Shown: positions 1 through 12,000 of the stretch, piece after piece
Position numbering within the stretch: the first letter of the stretch is position 1
How the letters are laid out: every line of letters begins with the position of its first letter
Assembly (NCBI GenBank): GCA_977016875.1
Contig: CDRNST010000226.1
Coordinates: 682,001-746,000, forward strand
DNA: 64,000 nt
Direction of reading: 5' to 3'
From: Pavona decussata
Taxonomy: Eukaryota
Position numbers and translations under genes: made by a program
The notes under the pieces: model-generated
What the model saw: only the letters and a program-made list of their open reading frames with translations
What the model was told of the DNA's origin: nothing
Databases searched by the model: none

Positions 1-849
1 AGAAAACTCGCAACTCAGACTGTAACATTTCAGCACCAGTGAGTACGAAACCGGGCGTGACAGGATCTCATGACCTGGGCGTGATTAAGGGCGGACAAAT
101 TGAATGCTCGCCTCTCGGTAAAAATTCCCCCTAAGGGCAAACACAAAAACTTTTATTAACGATGCATCTTGCTTGAAATTCATTCATGATATTACCTGAG
201 AAAAGAACCTTGTCATTTATTTTGTTTTAATAAATTTTGAAAACTGTTGTTCCGAAAAACAAACAAACAAACAAAACAAAACAAACAGGATGCCTGCCGG
301 CAAACGAATATTTCCTGTTTTTGGTGGAGGAATCTTCTACGGATCACAACATTTCTGCACGTCCCATACATGAACAAGCAAATATCATGCACATGCCACA
401 GAACAATTACTCTACTTGTTCATATACGAATATGAGTAGACGTAAAAAAATTTCTAGTTATGGAAAACTTGCAGTACCCTCTGTTTAATTAAAACTGTGC
501 AAGGAAGAAAAGAAGAAAATTTTTAAGCGTGCTACATCACTGACAATAAACTGAGGATCTTTTGTTGAATACAACTCCAAAACTGGTATTCGTAGTTTCT
601 TTACCAGGCTAGAGTGCAAATGTAAGGGTAGTTTGGTAAATGTAGATTGTCCATTTCTCTTAACAAATCGGATTACGATGTTGCTTAGAAGTGTAATAGT
701 TAAAAGATCGATATTACAGGACACGAAAACTCCAAACAATTTAGATTTTCAGTCAAACGGACAACGTTGGAATTTCTTAACAATTACCAAGTACCCTTGA
801 ACGAATTTGAAAAAAACAGTGCTGTTCTTTGAATTCTACAAGAGTTTAA

Positions 850-1228
850 AAGGGCATTGTCACGGACATCTTGCTGTATGTTCATCAAAAGTACTCAATT
901 AAATATTTGACTACGAACCTCTTTTCTAACATGAAATGGCTCAGTCTTAGAGCACCAAAGATATGAAACGATTTCTCCGAGCAAGAATTATCACTTTTTA
1001 GCCATTATTCCGAGATACATAGGAGGAACTTGAAAATAAATGGCCAATTTTTTCAAGTTGCAACCCATTTCTATCCTAGCCATCCGCAGATAAAGATGAA
1101 TGATACTAGTTTCTGTGATCTAGTAGGGTTATGTTAACAAAGCTGAACCATTATTTTGATGTTTCCATCCATACAAATATGTTTTTTGGCTATTGAAAGT
1201 GACACTAAAAGAAGGTGACACTGACCCT
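850..1228. mobile_element. Non-autonomous DNA transposon, TTAA-flanked (Kolobok-like MITE)
   Basis: Imperfect TIRs AAGGGCATTGTCAC / GTGACACTGACCCT with TTAA on both sides. A related partial copy starts near 45510. Confidence 0.6.
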
Positions 1229-1604
1229 TTAAATTCTGATGACGGATCTAGAAGAAAACACTGATTAATTAAAAGAAAACTTAATTAAGAACGATTCAAT
1301 AAGTTTTTTCCAGCTAATTCACGCTAATGGATTGACTGAACTTCTGGCAGAGACCTAATCCACTTTGTTGCCCACGCAGACCACCTTTTAAGATAACTGA
1401 ACAAATAAAGCTGATTTGTTATCGCCGCCATTTTGTACGTCTTTCTGTCTTGGACAACAGCCCACAAAATGAATTGCGGCTTTTAGACAAATTTTGTGAA
1501 TTGCCGCCGTAAAAACAAATTATAACAATCTCCCTAAGTTGCTTAAGGCTAAAGGGATAACAGATAACACACAATGTTAAGGACCTTATTTGCTGCGGTA
1601 GCAT

Positions 1605-2360
1605 ATGTTATGTCTCAAATTCTTCCAAATAGCCAAAAATCGAGAAAAATCTTCACTACTATTACCTCTCAAAGTCGTCAAAACAGCCTCAAATTCGTCA
1701 AAAGAGCCAAAAATATTGAAAAATAGTCATTCCTGTTATATCTCAAATTCCTCAAAACAGCCAAAAATGGAAAAAATCTTCACTCCTGTTATGTCTCAAA
1801 TTCGTCAAAAGAGCCAAAAATCGAGAAAAATCTTCACTCCTGTTATGTCTCAAATTCTTCAAAATAGCCAAAAATCGAGAAAAACCTTCACTCCTTTTAT
1901 GTCTCAAATTCTTAAAAATAACCAATTATTGAAAAAAAACTATTATTGCTGTAATGTCTCAAGTTGTTAAAAACAGTAAAAAGTCGAGCAAAAAGCTAGC
2001 TCCTGTTATCTCTTAATTTTATGAAAACAGCCAAAATTGGAAAAAATCTTCACTCCTGTTATGTCACAAATTCGTCAAATGAGCCAAAAATCCAGAAAAA
2101 TCTTCACTCCTTTTATGTCTCAAATTCTTAAAAATAACCAATTATTTAGAAAAACGGTTGTTACTGTTATGTCTAAAGTTGTTAAAAATAGTCATAAAAA
2201 AGTCGAGAAAAAAGCCAAAAATCGTAAAAACTCTTCACTACTTTTAGGCCTCAAGCTCGTCAAAATAGCCAAAAGCTGGTCTTCAAATCGCGAAAAAAGC
2301 CAAAACCCAAGCAATAAACTTATTCCTTTCTTCTCTCAAATTCGAGAAAAAAAAAACTAA
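1605..2360. repeat. 54-bp minisatellite with about 270-bp higher-order unit
   Basis: Unit AAAAATCTTCACTCCTGTTATGTCTCAAATTCGTCAAAAGAGCCAAAAATCGAG recurs at 54-bp spacing (1778, 1832, 1886). The block at 1771-2040 restarts at 2041. Confidence 0.85.
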
Positions 2361-3937
2361 AACTCGAGCAACAAGTTTGTTGCTTTCTGGTCTGAAATTC
2401 GTGAATGAAAAGGAAATATTTCATTTGGTAACAGATTTCTCGCGAGGAAACGAAAACGAAAAAGCTTTGAAAAGCAACAGCCGGCTTCGCATGTGTTGTG
2501 TTGTCTTTTCTTGCGTTGCAAGAAAATATAATATATATATTGTATTTGTCTGGTGTTGTGTTGTGTAGGTATGTTTTCTTTGTTTTGTGCTTGTGGCTTT
2601 GTGTTTAGTAGGTTTCTATTGTTTAATTGTGCTTGTCTGGTTTCATCCGATTGTGTTGTCCTTGTCTAGTGTTCTGTTGTGTTATGTTTATTTTATTATG
2701 TGAAGGATGATTGGATGGAAAGGTAATTGGATTCCGTAGTAAATTGTAGTGTGTTAGGGAAATCAATGGGTCAATGAATAACAAAAGAGGAGGGTTCATT
2801 CTGTATACTGTCCGTTAGGTTTACTGATTCCGCCCAAACCATCCGGGTGGTGTCGCACTTATATAGGCAAATAACAATAGCTTGATGGCAAACCAACCAG
2901 AAGCGAATGGCGTCATCACGTATTAACCAACTGAATAAAAGGAATAGAATAATCAACGCAAAGAACTGGAAATAATTAAAATGGATTAACATAAGTGACT
3001 AAACAGTTAGAAAGAGAACGTAGACAGAACAGCAAAAATGTCGTAAATATTCGCGTTTGGTAAACTCTGCCGCAAGATAAGAATAGAAGAGATTCGCGTG
3101 AGATATTTATGGCATAAAGTTTTTAAGTTCGATTCCCTCACGAAGCTTAAAGGTTCGTATGCTGATGATTCCTTTAACTCTATACAATTTAACTGTTACT
3201 GGCAAGAACGCGACAATTCCTTGTCTCACTTTCGTTACGCTGGCAAGTCGCCCGAAGACATCGTAGCGAAAGAAGCGGTTCATTCATGTCCCTTGTCATG
3301 TCCTTGTCAAATTGTCGACGGGTATTGTGTAGAATGTATTGGTGGCTTTGCCATCCAAATGAATCGAACGTTTCCAGGCTCTCATTGAGGACGTCCACCC
3401 CGTCTTGGGCTATATATATATGAAAAGGGAGAATTTTTCTCCTTTTAAGCAAGTACGCGAATGGTCAACCCGCACTAAAACTAAGAAAAACTCTCTATAT
3501 ATGCATGATATTTCGTACGTTTATGAAGATGTGACTCGTTTTAGGCAACACTTGTTATTAACCCAGAATGGAATGACCTTTGGTAAATGCACTTCGTAAT
3601 TTTGATACAACTAATATAAGCTAAAATGTTTGTATATAAGCTATATTTATTAGCAACAAAGGTTTCAAAAAGGTCAAGAATGACTATTCATAGTCTTTAA
3701 GCCAATTCTGCACATTGCACACGTTTCCTTAAAAATATAACATCCATAAATAGATTTACGTGTAGGGGGGATTGCAACCCTCAGGTGTCCAAGATCGAGG
3801 GTCTGTTTCACAAGAAAATTCCTCCGCGAAATCTGCAGAGATTTTCGGGAAAATGTCTCCCGCTGTTCCCCGCGTTCCTCTTTATTTCACTCTCTCCAGT
3901 CCCTTATTTGTGTCCTCTCGACACCCGCTCTCCTCAT

Positions 3938-4295
3938 TAGGGAGTTTAAGAAACGAGGAAGGCAACGGTAACGAGAACGTCATTTAAAAATATAACTTCT
4001 CGTTTTTTTAACTCTTTCACAATCATTAAAATTTGTTTAACTTGGAAAATGCTGGTGAACTCTCCAGGAACTAAATTAGTATGAACGACGTCAAAGTAAG
4101 GAAAAATAAAGAAGATTTTACTTCATACGCTCCCGTTCTCGAGAAAACCTAAAAATTAATTTGGTCATTTCACGTTGTTGTTTTGCAGAGGACGGTAAAG
4201 AAATGTACCAAAATGTAAAACGCACGTGCAAAGCGATTGTTTTTGCTCATTAAGCCCGTTGTTTTGTGGCGTTCTCGGTGCCAGCGCCGTGTTCG
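3938..4295. mobile_element. MITE-like dispersed repeat (TAGGGAGTTTAAG... family)
   Basis: Begins TAGGGAGTTTAAGAAACGAGGAAGGCAACGGTAACGAGAACGTC. A related element follows at about 4405-5070. Confidence 0.5.
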
Positions 4296-4679
4296 TTTAT
4301 TATTTCACCCTCTCCAGTCCCTGGCTCGAGGCAAGGCTAAAACAACTGGAGGGGGGCGAGCAAATTGACAAAACTATTCTCCTCAAGCCGTTACTCAAAA
4401 AACAGATGCAACGAGAACGTCCAAAAAACAGTAGATTTATTAAGCAAAACAATAACTTTGCACCTGCATCACACGTTTTAGTACAATTCTTTGCCGTCAC
4501 TGTACGCGGACTACCACGTGAAATTTCCTAATTTCACGTTTGAAGAAAGACGTAAACAAACGGCGACAAGTTTTTCTCTCTTTTTAAACTTGCGACTGGA
4601 GAGTAAGAATTCGACTGCAGGAGAATTCACCTACAATTCAAAAATTTTGCCAGTTGGAATTATCACGATAGTTTAAAAA

Positions 4680-5005
4680 AAAATCGAGAAAAATCTTCAC
4701 TCCTGTTATGTCTCAAATTCTTCAAAATAGCCAAAAATCTAGAAAAATTTTCACTCCTGTTATGTCCCAAATTCCTCAAAATAGCCAAAAATCGAGAAAC
4801 ACATTCACTCCTTTCTTGTCTCAAATTCTTAATGATAACCAATTATTGAGAAAAACTATTATTACTGTTATGTCTCAAGTTGTTAAAATAGTAAAAAGTG
4901 GAGCAAAAAGCTAGCTCCTGTTATCTCTTAATTTTACAAAAACAGCCAAAAATGGAAAAAATCTTCACTCCTGTTATGTCTCAAATTCTTCGAAATAGCC
5001 AAAAC
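4680..5005. repeat. Second block of the 54-bp minisatellite
   Basis: Same unit and same variant order as about 1820-2090, embedded in a MITE-like repeat. Confidence 0.85.
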
Positions 5006-6073
5006 ATGAATTCATTTTACAGATAATGTTTACTCTACCGTCACCGTCGTCTTATCTTTAAATCCCCATTAACAAATACAAATAGGTCATAAGGCCTACA
5101 AGGATTCATGTTAGATAGACATACTATTGTTCACAATGCCATAGTTTGCGTTTACTTCGTTGAAAAACACACCTTTAAGGGGATATCGTTCGTTGAAAAT
5201 GTACCAAAAAACTGCTTCCTGATTGCTTTTTCTCCGGCAAAGTTGTTGATTCACAAGGTACGAGTGCCTTTGTTGCTGTTAAAAAAAACCCAGCCGTTAG
5301 CGGAGGAAACTTACAGGTAATAAACCGGCAGATTATTAAAGATTGTGAAAAGGTACTTGCAGCGTAAGAATTCAAGACAAATTGTGCACATTAATTTGTT
5401 TTAATTATATATTTTTGGCACATTGTTTTTTTTAACTACCAAAAATTCTTGGGAGGGGGATCAAGTCCCCCCTGTCCCTGCCCCTGCTAGGGGCCTGATT
5501 ACCGAAGTATCTACAAGACCTTTTCAAACTTCAAGGAGAAGGAGAAAAACAATATAATCTAAGGCACTCTAATTTTATCATGCCACGCTTTAACACTATA
5601 AAGTATGGGAATGATTCTCTGACATATTTAGAACCTTTTTGCGGTCCAAGTTGACAAAGAAGGAACCGCCGTAGTATGAACAGTCTGAATGCTTTTAAAC
5701 GTTGGATAAGGAAAAGAGGCTTATCAGATGATATATATATCTATCTTGATACATATCTATCTAACGTCACGTAAGGAACTGGAACACGAAAAATGCCTCC
5801 TGTTCCTTATTTACAGTGAAAATCACCAATCGTTCGATTTCATTTGTATCAACATGTATTAGATATCGAAGAACGACCTTTTGGATTTAAAGAAGTCACT
5901 GAAACAGAAACTCGGAATTACTGTGAACAAAATTAGTCAAATGATTTAGTATTCGGCAATTGTGGAAATGGCATGTGATTAGTTTTCAAAGAATTTTAAG
6001 TTGGCCGTGCCTGACTGATATCCGAGTCCTTGATACCGCAAATCTTGAAACAGCGGTAACCAAAATAAACAAG

Positions 6074-9000
6074 ATGGCGGCTTTCGAAATGGGAAGTTTC
6101 AAGAGCAGGAGACAGAAAGAGTCTTCCTCGGTGTGTTTCATTCTTCTCAGGCGAAAGTTATAGATACTTTGATCGTTAATAATGCTATTTTTTTGTTTTC
6201 TTTAGTCAAAGGTGCTTTTGTCGGTCATAACTACGTTATTAAGTAGGTAAGTGAGCAAGAATTTGCCAGTGATCAGTGATGGGAGGGTTGTGTTTGAGTA
6301 CAACATTTTATTGTTTTGTGTAAGTGAAGAGAAAAGGTGTTTGTCACTAAAATGTTTAGTTATACAGTCTGTACCTGTTTTTAGATGTAATCAGAAAGTA
6401 AGGACTCACCTTAGCTCAAAATAATGTTTAGGTATAAAATAACTAGAATATATAAGGAAATGAAGATTTTTCAGTCGGGGTGAGAATTATACCTTTTAAT
6501 TACTTTGTCTTTTCAGTGATAATGTAGAGAGGAGAGAAATTGAAAAAGAAAGGCTACAGCATGAGTTTAGAGAATGTGATGACAAGCTAAACAGACAGGT
6601 TGAAGGTGAGATTCAGAATACAATTTAATCAGTATACATACAGGCGACTATGCATTGTTTTACAGATGATGAAAGAACTTCTTTAGTGCACTTGATTTCA
6701 AATAGAAGTGAAAACTCTGTTAGTAGCCATGTTCAATGGCAGTTTTTTTCTATTGCAGGACATGGTTTGAAATGTTTCTTACCTTGTCTACTTTACCCCC
6801 ACTTCCACCCCCCCCCCCCCACCCCTTTATCATATCAATGTGGTGTGAATTTCAGGATTACAAAATAATGTTCATGTTTCCAGCAAGATCACTTTTTACA
6901 GGAAAAACGCTATTTTTTTCCTGTCAACCATTTTTAAAATAACATTACTATTTGTAATGTTCAAGTGTGATATTGTTACCATTGAATTGTTCTGGCAATT
7001 GCCAAATTCATTTTGTCCTCTCAACTAAGGCTTGTTAGGGCCGCTACCAATAACACATGCCCCACTGCCTACAAAGGAGTTAAAGTTTTATTAAAGTTTT
7101 ATTAAAGTTTTAATGGTTGTTTAAACGGAGGTCAATCAAAGAAAAGCGTTAAAATTATTTGGAATTATGACAAGATTTTGGGGTAACAAAGCCAAGACAG
7201 GAGATCTATAGGGTGTGTGTTATTGGTAATTTTTTGATTTGTTACTCAAGACCTGTGAGTGTATGTTCAAACAGATTCTATACTAATAGTAAATAATGTT
7301 TCAGCTCACCAAGATCACTTGAAATCAAGCATTCAAACCTTTACTGGAATCTCCACAAGAATAGCAGGTTTCTAAAAATAATAATTATTATTCATCTCTC
7401 TTTTCTTGTCATTTCACATGTGTTATGAGAAATATACTTAAAACTGTTTATACTGTATTCCATATTTATAGCTTCTCTTGCAAAGGTAGAGGCTTTGAGA
7501 AAAAACTTGTCAACATGCAAGTCATTGTTACACTGCAAGAGAGAGGAGCTGAAGAAATATTGGATGGATGGTTTGGAGTACAATGAGGTCCTCAATCTCT
7601 TGGATAGAATGTAAGGAATACCTTAATAATTTGTATGGCTTATCGATTAAGGGGAACCTCCACTCTTACAGCACACCCATTCTCATCATCCCTGGTTCAA
7701 AGACTGTAATCATCTCCTGCCATTTTTTACTTGATCTTTTGCTACCTTCCCAGCTTTGCCCCACACGAGGCCACATCTCTCTCAGTTCAGATATTCCACA
7801 GTCCTCTGCCATGTTGTTCTTGTCCCCCCCCCCCCCCCCCCTACCCAGCTTTCTTTTCCCTAGCGGTGTCCACCTTAGGGTTTTATCTGGTATATATCCC
7901 CAAGGGTATGTATCCACTCTTATGTACAACCAACTGACGTTGAATTGTGGAAATAGTGTTTAAATTTCAAAGCTTAGTTTAAAAGGCGGAGATAGCATTT
8001 TAATCAATGTTTAAAAACTTGGTTATGGTTATTACCCGTTTTCACATCTAGATTTCTTCCATGCCATCATATCAGATTTCATGTTGCTATACAGCTGCCA
8101 TTTTTGTCAGGAAGCAGAAGTTCTTTTGTGTGGAATAATTAGTGGGGAAATGTTTTTATTGTTGGCTGAGCTCGCGAAAGTGACAAGAAATGAAGTTCTC
8201 ACACACTGAATGGGGGAGCTGGGTACGAGCCAGGATATCAGATGTCACATTCGGTCATGTGATTCAGTTTTTGTTTTCTTGCCATATGAAGCAACAGCTT
8301 TTCCACCCTCCCAGCCCCATGCCAGTCTGTCAGTGAGTCTGTTATCTTTGTGGAGTTGTCAAGTTGTCAGTAAATGCTGTTGTATTCTTGTGTGGCAGAC
8401 AAATGGCATTCAGTGTGTGAGAACCGTATGACACCATGGGATCCAAAATGTTGGTGCACAGAAATTTAAAAGCAAACTAAGGATAGAATGTAGGCAATAA
8501 TAAATCCAATTTTTAGAACACTAAAAAGTTAACTGTACTTTTAAATTAACTAAACTGTGAAATTTAGATGCTATTTCCAAGAATTTATCATCAATTTGTT
8601 TTAAGTATACAAGACTTTTTTCCTTAACTTTTCTTAGAGACCAAGTGAAGAATGTTCCTGAACAGATAGAGAAGTACAAGAAGAGGAAGTATTATCTTCA
8701 TGCTACAGAACTTCTTGTCTCCACAGGTGTGCTGCTGTTACGTGACTTTTTGCAATAAATTTCTTTATACATTCAGTGCATTAATCATCATCATAATCAT
8801 CATTATCATCATTTATTTATTTATTCATTAATTTTATACATGTGACATGTAAGAGCTAATAGCTCATTCATAATGCATGCATGTCAAATAAGTAAAACAA
8901 CAGTAATAATTAATACTATTGATCAAAGTAATATACATTTAAGGTAAAGCAGTTTGCCAGGCAAAAAAAATTACAAAATAACTTACTTATTTTATACTAA

Positions 9001-12000
9001 AAAACATGATCAAACAATGCTTTCTTAAAACGTGATGTAGATGTAATTTCTCTTAACATGAGTGGCAAACTAATTATAATAATTTTATTAACTTTTTCCG
9101 ATATCTATGATAATCGCTTATTAGTTGTAATTTTGTGACCTGTATGAAAATAATATGCCTTCAATTTATTTCTCTATAGTCTCCCTGCTTGAAGGAAGTT
9201 TGTCTGGTGTTGAGGCCCTGCGACATCTAAGGCTTGATTTACAGGCTAGGAAGAAGGTACATATCCAGTGATTTAACTTTAAATTCTGCCAAGATACCCA
9301 GCTCATTGTTTTCACTGTCATGATCATTTTTCCTGTTAAAAAATTTATACTCAAACATTTGCTCATTAACTGGAGGTCATGTTGAAATAATAAGAAACAT
9401 CTAACCAAATTAAAAAAGAAAAAAAAATTACTTACCTGGACTTCAACATAGGCCTGTTATGCTCCCAGCCCCTCAATAGTTGATTTTCCTTGTTTCATTT
9501 AATTTTTCAGGTGGAACACGAAATACTAATAAAAAATCTAAATGCTCATCTATACTTGAAGTCAGAGAAGAGTAGACAAAAGAGAACCAAACTAGCACAG
9601 TATATGGCAGATGATGCTTCATTAGGAGGGAAAGGTTTGGCATTGGTTCATTTTTGCTTTCACACAGAAGTAATTTGTACATTTATGTTATTATTTGGTG
9701 AGGTTATAGCAGTGTAGTGCTCAGTGCATCAGATTTGTTGAAGGTCAGCTGTAATGTCAAACACACACAACTTAACGAAAGTGTGCTCTTGCTATTTTGT
9801 TACTCTCCACCCAAGAGGGTAAACAGGCACACTGGAGAACTGTTAGGCAAGCCTTGGGTGTCAAAATGCTACAGTAGACTATCAACCCATCCTGATGGAA
9901 CTCAGTAATTACCGTTATTTGTTACCTCCTGATTCCTGAGGTTTCAGAAGGTGCCAACTGGAGAAAGACCATCTGTTACTTTCCTCGTCCTTACCACTGC
10001 CCATGCCACACATTTTCAATCAGTTTAATGTTTTCTTATACCTTAGACTATCAATCAAATTTGATTCGTTCACACAACTCACAGTTTAATCAAACTTTCA
10101 CTTACATTTATTAAGTCTTTAAAAAGTGACAGACTGAGTATAACTAACTGAACCAAACAAACGAGTTATGTAAACGAACAGAACCAGCTGAGTCAGCTGA
10201 GCCATTGAACTGAGCCAGCTGAACCAGTCAAACCAGCTGACTCAGCTGAACCGGCCGAACCAAACCAGCAGCTGAACTGGCTGAACCAGCCAAACCAGCT
10301 GGACTCCTTTGAACCCTTTTTTTGCATGGCCACTCCTTTGTAAAGTCTACCAGCCCAACCTGCCTCATAGAAAAATGGATAGTCATACTTACTTAATTTC
10401 CATAGCAATGAGTGACTAGTATCAGTTACTCTTCCTGTTTGCTTGTGTTCAATAGAGTCATCCTCCAGTGTTGGTTCAGCTAGTGGAAGCTTCAAGAAGT
10501 CCCACTCACGTACTGCTTCAAGTAAGTCACTTGCATTAATTAATTGTCCTGCGACTTGGGTGTTGGATGGGGATGTGTGTGTCCTGAAGAGCTTGAAGCC
10601 CTAGCTTTATTTCAAACAAAGTTTATGTGAATTTTTCTTCTCTTCTGCCGTCAGTGATCATGTACATGTAATTAATGTATATTGTTTTCAGGATCACTGA
10701 TGATGGAACAGACTTCTTCAGCGGACATGAGTTCTTCAAGTGAGGTATATTCCTTTGAATAGAGAATTGTTATTTTTAATTTCAGTTCTACCAGAATTGC
10801 TCCCTCGGTAGACGTTTATGAGTTTGTCAACAATAGGAGTAGTAGGCAGAAACTGCTACAAAGTCAGGAGAGGTCTTAAAAAAAATTAACATATGAACTG
10901 TTAAGCAACAAATCATCATGTGTGTACCATTAATGCTATTGTTTTGTATATTAGATTACAGAAGATCTGAATGCTGACCCTGAGGCAGACAGTGATCACT
11001 TCATGATTGTGATCATAGAATCACTTTCTCTGCTAGGCAAGATTCCAGAGGCTCTTGAGGTAAAGCATCTCTTATTCAGACTATGTAAGATTATGGGACA
11101 ACATAAGAGAATGGGAAAGCCAGGAGATAGCACAAAATTATAAAAATTTAAAAAGGCAGTATGCTTTTCATGTGATGTTTTGGTCGCACACAGCTGCAAC
11201 ACTTTTGGGGTCAAAATAGTACTGTTTTGAATGTGAAATGACAGCTTCATGCAAGTTTTAACTTAAGAATCTGGTTTTTGTACATGATATACAACTGCGA
11301 AAAAAAAAAGAAGAAAAAATTTTTGTGTCATATACACTTTAAATAAGCTGGAACTCACAAGAGAATGGCATGTGTCAAGGAATGAACAATGTTTTTCAAA
11401 AGAAAAGCTAATAAGTGGTGGTAACCTGCAAGAAAGTGGTAGAACCCAGTGTGCTAGTATAGGTTGAAGGAAGGTGTGTCCTTGTAGTATATCATTTATT
11501 AATGTATTTATACCCTCTGCCAGCTAATTGCTATTTAATAATTTACATCTGTGTCAATTATTTTAGCCCTGTTGCTCTGTACATAATTTTTTCCCATTAT
11601 TTTAATGATTTTATTACCAATGCATATAATATATTTTTTATTTAGAGTAAGAACAACAATTAACATGTAACTATGTTGCTTTGATTTGGCAGGCAATAAA
11701 GAAGAGAATGAAGATAGAGATGTCCCTGATTATCCACAGAGCCACCACTCTTGTTGCCAAAAAGTAGTTAAATCCATGTTTATTTTCACAATGTTAAAAA
11801 TACAACCATAAATTTGTTCTGTAAATATTAATAACTTTAGGCAGTGTTGTTGATTAATCTATACATTTACCTGTAGAATCATTTTAAGCTATATTCACTC
11901 CAGACATTAATTTGCTCCTCTGTTCCAGTTACATTCGGAAATTGGGGGTAGTAGGTTATTTGGGGAGAATCTGTGAGAAAGAATAAATACACTTGTTGTT

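Noticed and set aside
1605-5005. Repetitive ORFs (KIFTPVMSQ...) as a gene, or the array as a CRISPR
   Set aside because: The units are head-to-tail with no unique spacers, there are no cas genes and the context is eukaryotic. The open frames follow from the 54-bp unit being a multiple of 3.
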